The notes under the pieces: model-generated | Told to the model about the DNA's origin: nothing | What the model saw: the letters and a program-made list of their open reading frames with translations, nothing else | Databases searched by the model: none | Made by a program: the position numbers and the translations under genes | Shown: positions 17,628 to 19,876 of the stretch, piece after piece | How positions within the stretch are numbered: position 1 is the first letter of the stretch | Layout of the letters: the number at the start of each line of letters is the position of its first letter | Origin: a virus | Taxonomy: Duplodnaviria > Heunggongvirae > Uroviricota > Caudoviricetes | DNA length: 19,876 nt | IMG/VR virus record: IMGVR_UViG_2690316325_000023 | Direction: 5' to 3' (one strand)

Positions 17628-17672
17628 TCTCTATAAACGTGAGCATTTTCTCTATAAACGTGAGCATTTTTC
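17628..17672. repeat. Two tandem copies of a 22-bp unit (tctataaacgtgagcattttc)
   Basis: Perfect direct duplication read directly, 13 nt downstream of the ParR-like gene stop. Confidence 0.8.
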
Positions 17673-17684
17673 GCGCAGATGCTT

Positions 17685-17996
17685 TTACTCAGGAAATAAC
17701 GCCCGGATATTCCCAGCCATCTGGCTGGTTATCTTAGCCACTGGTGCAGACTGTGCTTCAAACTTTTTTGAGCTGATTTGTGTCACAGGTAACATCTCAT
17801 CATCAGCCCATGCGGCCAGTCGGTAAGCCTCTGCCGGATTCGTCTTCAGAAGTGCCAGCCCGGCCAGAAAAGCCACGCGTTGGCCGCTTTTGCGGGCTTC
17901 TGGTGTAAGGCTGTCCAGCCAGGCGCATGCTTCTCCTTCGTTCTTGACGGCAGCTGGCTTCAGATAGAAACTTATTCTTCTGGTTGGTGTCGTCAT
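17685..17996 (-). CDS. parR: ParR/StbB-like centromere-binding protein (type II partition adaptor)
   Basis: 103 aa directly downstream of the ParM-like gene. RISFYLKP, LDSLTPEAR, RVAFLAGLALL and a C-terminal IRALFPE resemble R1/R100 ParR/StbB (TIAFKLNP, LDSIPQGER, AALTAGLAL, LRSLFP) as recalled from memory. Confidence 0.65.
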   Translation of the reverse strand: MTTPTRRISFYLKPAAVKNEGEACAWLDSLTPEARKSGQRVAFLAGLALLKTNPAEAYRLAAWADDEMLPVTQISSKKFEAQSAPVAKITSQMAGNIRALFPE

Positions 17997-18000
17997 TGGT

Positions 18001-18960
18001 TTACTCCTTGTTCATTGCGTACAGCCCATTAACCAGAGCAAATTGTGGCACTCCGTCCGCGATGAAAGTCGCATTAACTCCGCAGGCTTCGCGGATAGCG
18101 GGTGCCACAATCTCCGCCCCGCCACCGACAACCATCACCCGCCCGTAACCCGAAAAAACCGCCAGCGCGCGGATCACGCGTTGTTTCAGTGTTTCTTCCT
18201 TTTCACGAATAACCGCCATCAGGCTGGCGTAATGCGCGTCATTGTGGATGTGCTGGCGCAGCCAGGCTTCATCATGGCGATGTTCGATAATGGTATTGGC
18301 GATGTGGTGACTGGTGCGCATACCGTTAGTGGCCATCACCGACAGTACGGCATCGGCCATCAGGGAAACGCCTACGTGTGGATCGCAAAACACCTGGCTG
18401 ATACCTGCCAGTTGTCCCTGAACCTTTGCCACATCCAGCGTGGTTCCGCCTAAATCCACAATCAGCAGGGATTCAAACGGACTCATGTCAGCCAGTGCTT
18501 TAAAACCAGCCGGAATGGATTCAGGCATAACCCGTACGTTACGGATAGTGAATGCTTTTCCGTTCTGGTACGCCACCGGGCGCATGACGTTTGCTTTTTT
18601 GCGGTTGATGTTGGCCATGTCCGGCTGTGCGTTTGTGTCGAAATATTCGCTCAGTGGCAGGGTGACAACCACATCCACTTCCTGTGGTGTGATGCCTGAT
18701 TTGACCAGCGCGTGATGAATGGCAATGACATTCACATCGCTGTACTGGTATTGCGTGTCGGTCGTCTGGACAAAGCGATCGCTGACCGGATCAAAACCAT
18801 AGCGCACGCCATCAAGCATGTAGTTCGCGGGCTGCGTGCCACCGAACGGCGCAGACCATTCCGACTTGAAGCTGTTCGGGCTGATGGCGTTGCGGCGTTC
18901 GCCGTTCTCAGTCCATGCCAGCTTGATGTTGGTGGAGCCGTCATCGATACAAATTTTCAT
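18001..18960 (-). CDS. parM: ParM/StbA-like actin-family segregation ATPase
   Basis: 319 aa with the actin-fold phosphate and adenosine motifs IDDGSTNIKL, YSDVNVIAIHHAL, LIVDLGGTTLD, VMVVGGGAEI and LVNGLY; collinear similarity to plasmid R1 ParM over the whole length as recalled. Confidence 0.85.
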   Translation of the reverse strand: MKICIDDGSTNIKLAWTENGERRNAISPNSFKSEWSAPFGGTQPANYMLDGVRYGFDPVSDRFVQTTDTQYQYSDVNVIAIHHALVKSGITPQEVDVVVTLPLSEYFDTNAQPDMANINRKKANVMRPVAYQNGKAFTIRNVRVMPESIPAGFKALADMSPFESLLIVDLGGTTLDVAKVQGQLAGISQVFCDPHVGVSLMADAVLSVMATNGMRTSHHIANTIIEHRHDEAWLRQHIHNDAHYASLMAVIREKEETLKQRVIRALAVFSGYGRVMVVGGGAEIVAPAIREACGVNATFIADGVPQFALVNGLYAMNKE

Positions 18961-19036
18961 GTCGCTTTTCCTTATGTTGATTAATTAATCGTTTACGGGA
19001 TTCTGAAATCCCGTTTTTGCCTGTTTTATGCGCGCT

Positions 19037-19876
<840 letters not shown>

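Overview
This window is the late (structural and lysis) arm of a P2-like (Peduovirus-type) prophage, flanked on both sides by accessory cargo. Calls rest on reading the supplied six-frame translations and the raw sequence by eye; no database search was run. Hand-derived coordinates for RNA structures, repeats and motifs may be off by 1-2 nt. From left to right: an AT-rich flank (1-561); a complete 768-bp IS1 (562-1329) with no target-site duplication; an AT-rich family-9 glycosyltransferase-like gene (1350-2588) in the slot just downstream of tail-fibre assembly gene G; then a contiguous minus-strand late block G-H-I-J-W-V-S-R-lysC-lysB-endolysin-holin-X-L-M-N-O (2623-13624); the divergent control region; plus-strand terminase P and portal Q (13746-16543); and a palindrome-rich probable cos region (about 16545-17000). 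The most interesting part is the cos-proximal accessory slot (about 17000-19876). It carries an 89-aa unknown gene with a highly structured leader, then a ParM/ParR-like type II partition pair preceded by two copies of a palindromic operator, then an unidentified partial ORF running off the window edge. I could not assign this cassette a function; partition, phage-plasmid maintenance and a repurposed role are all open.
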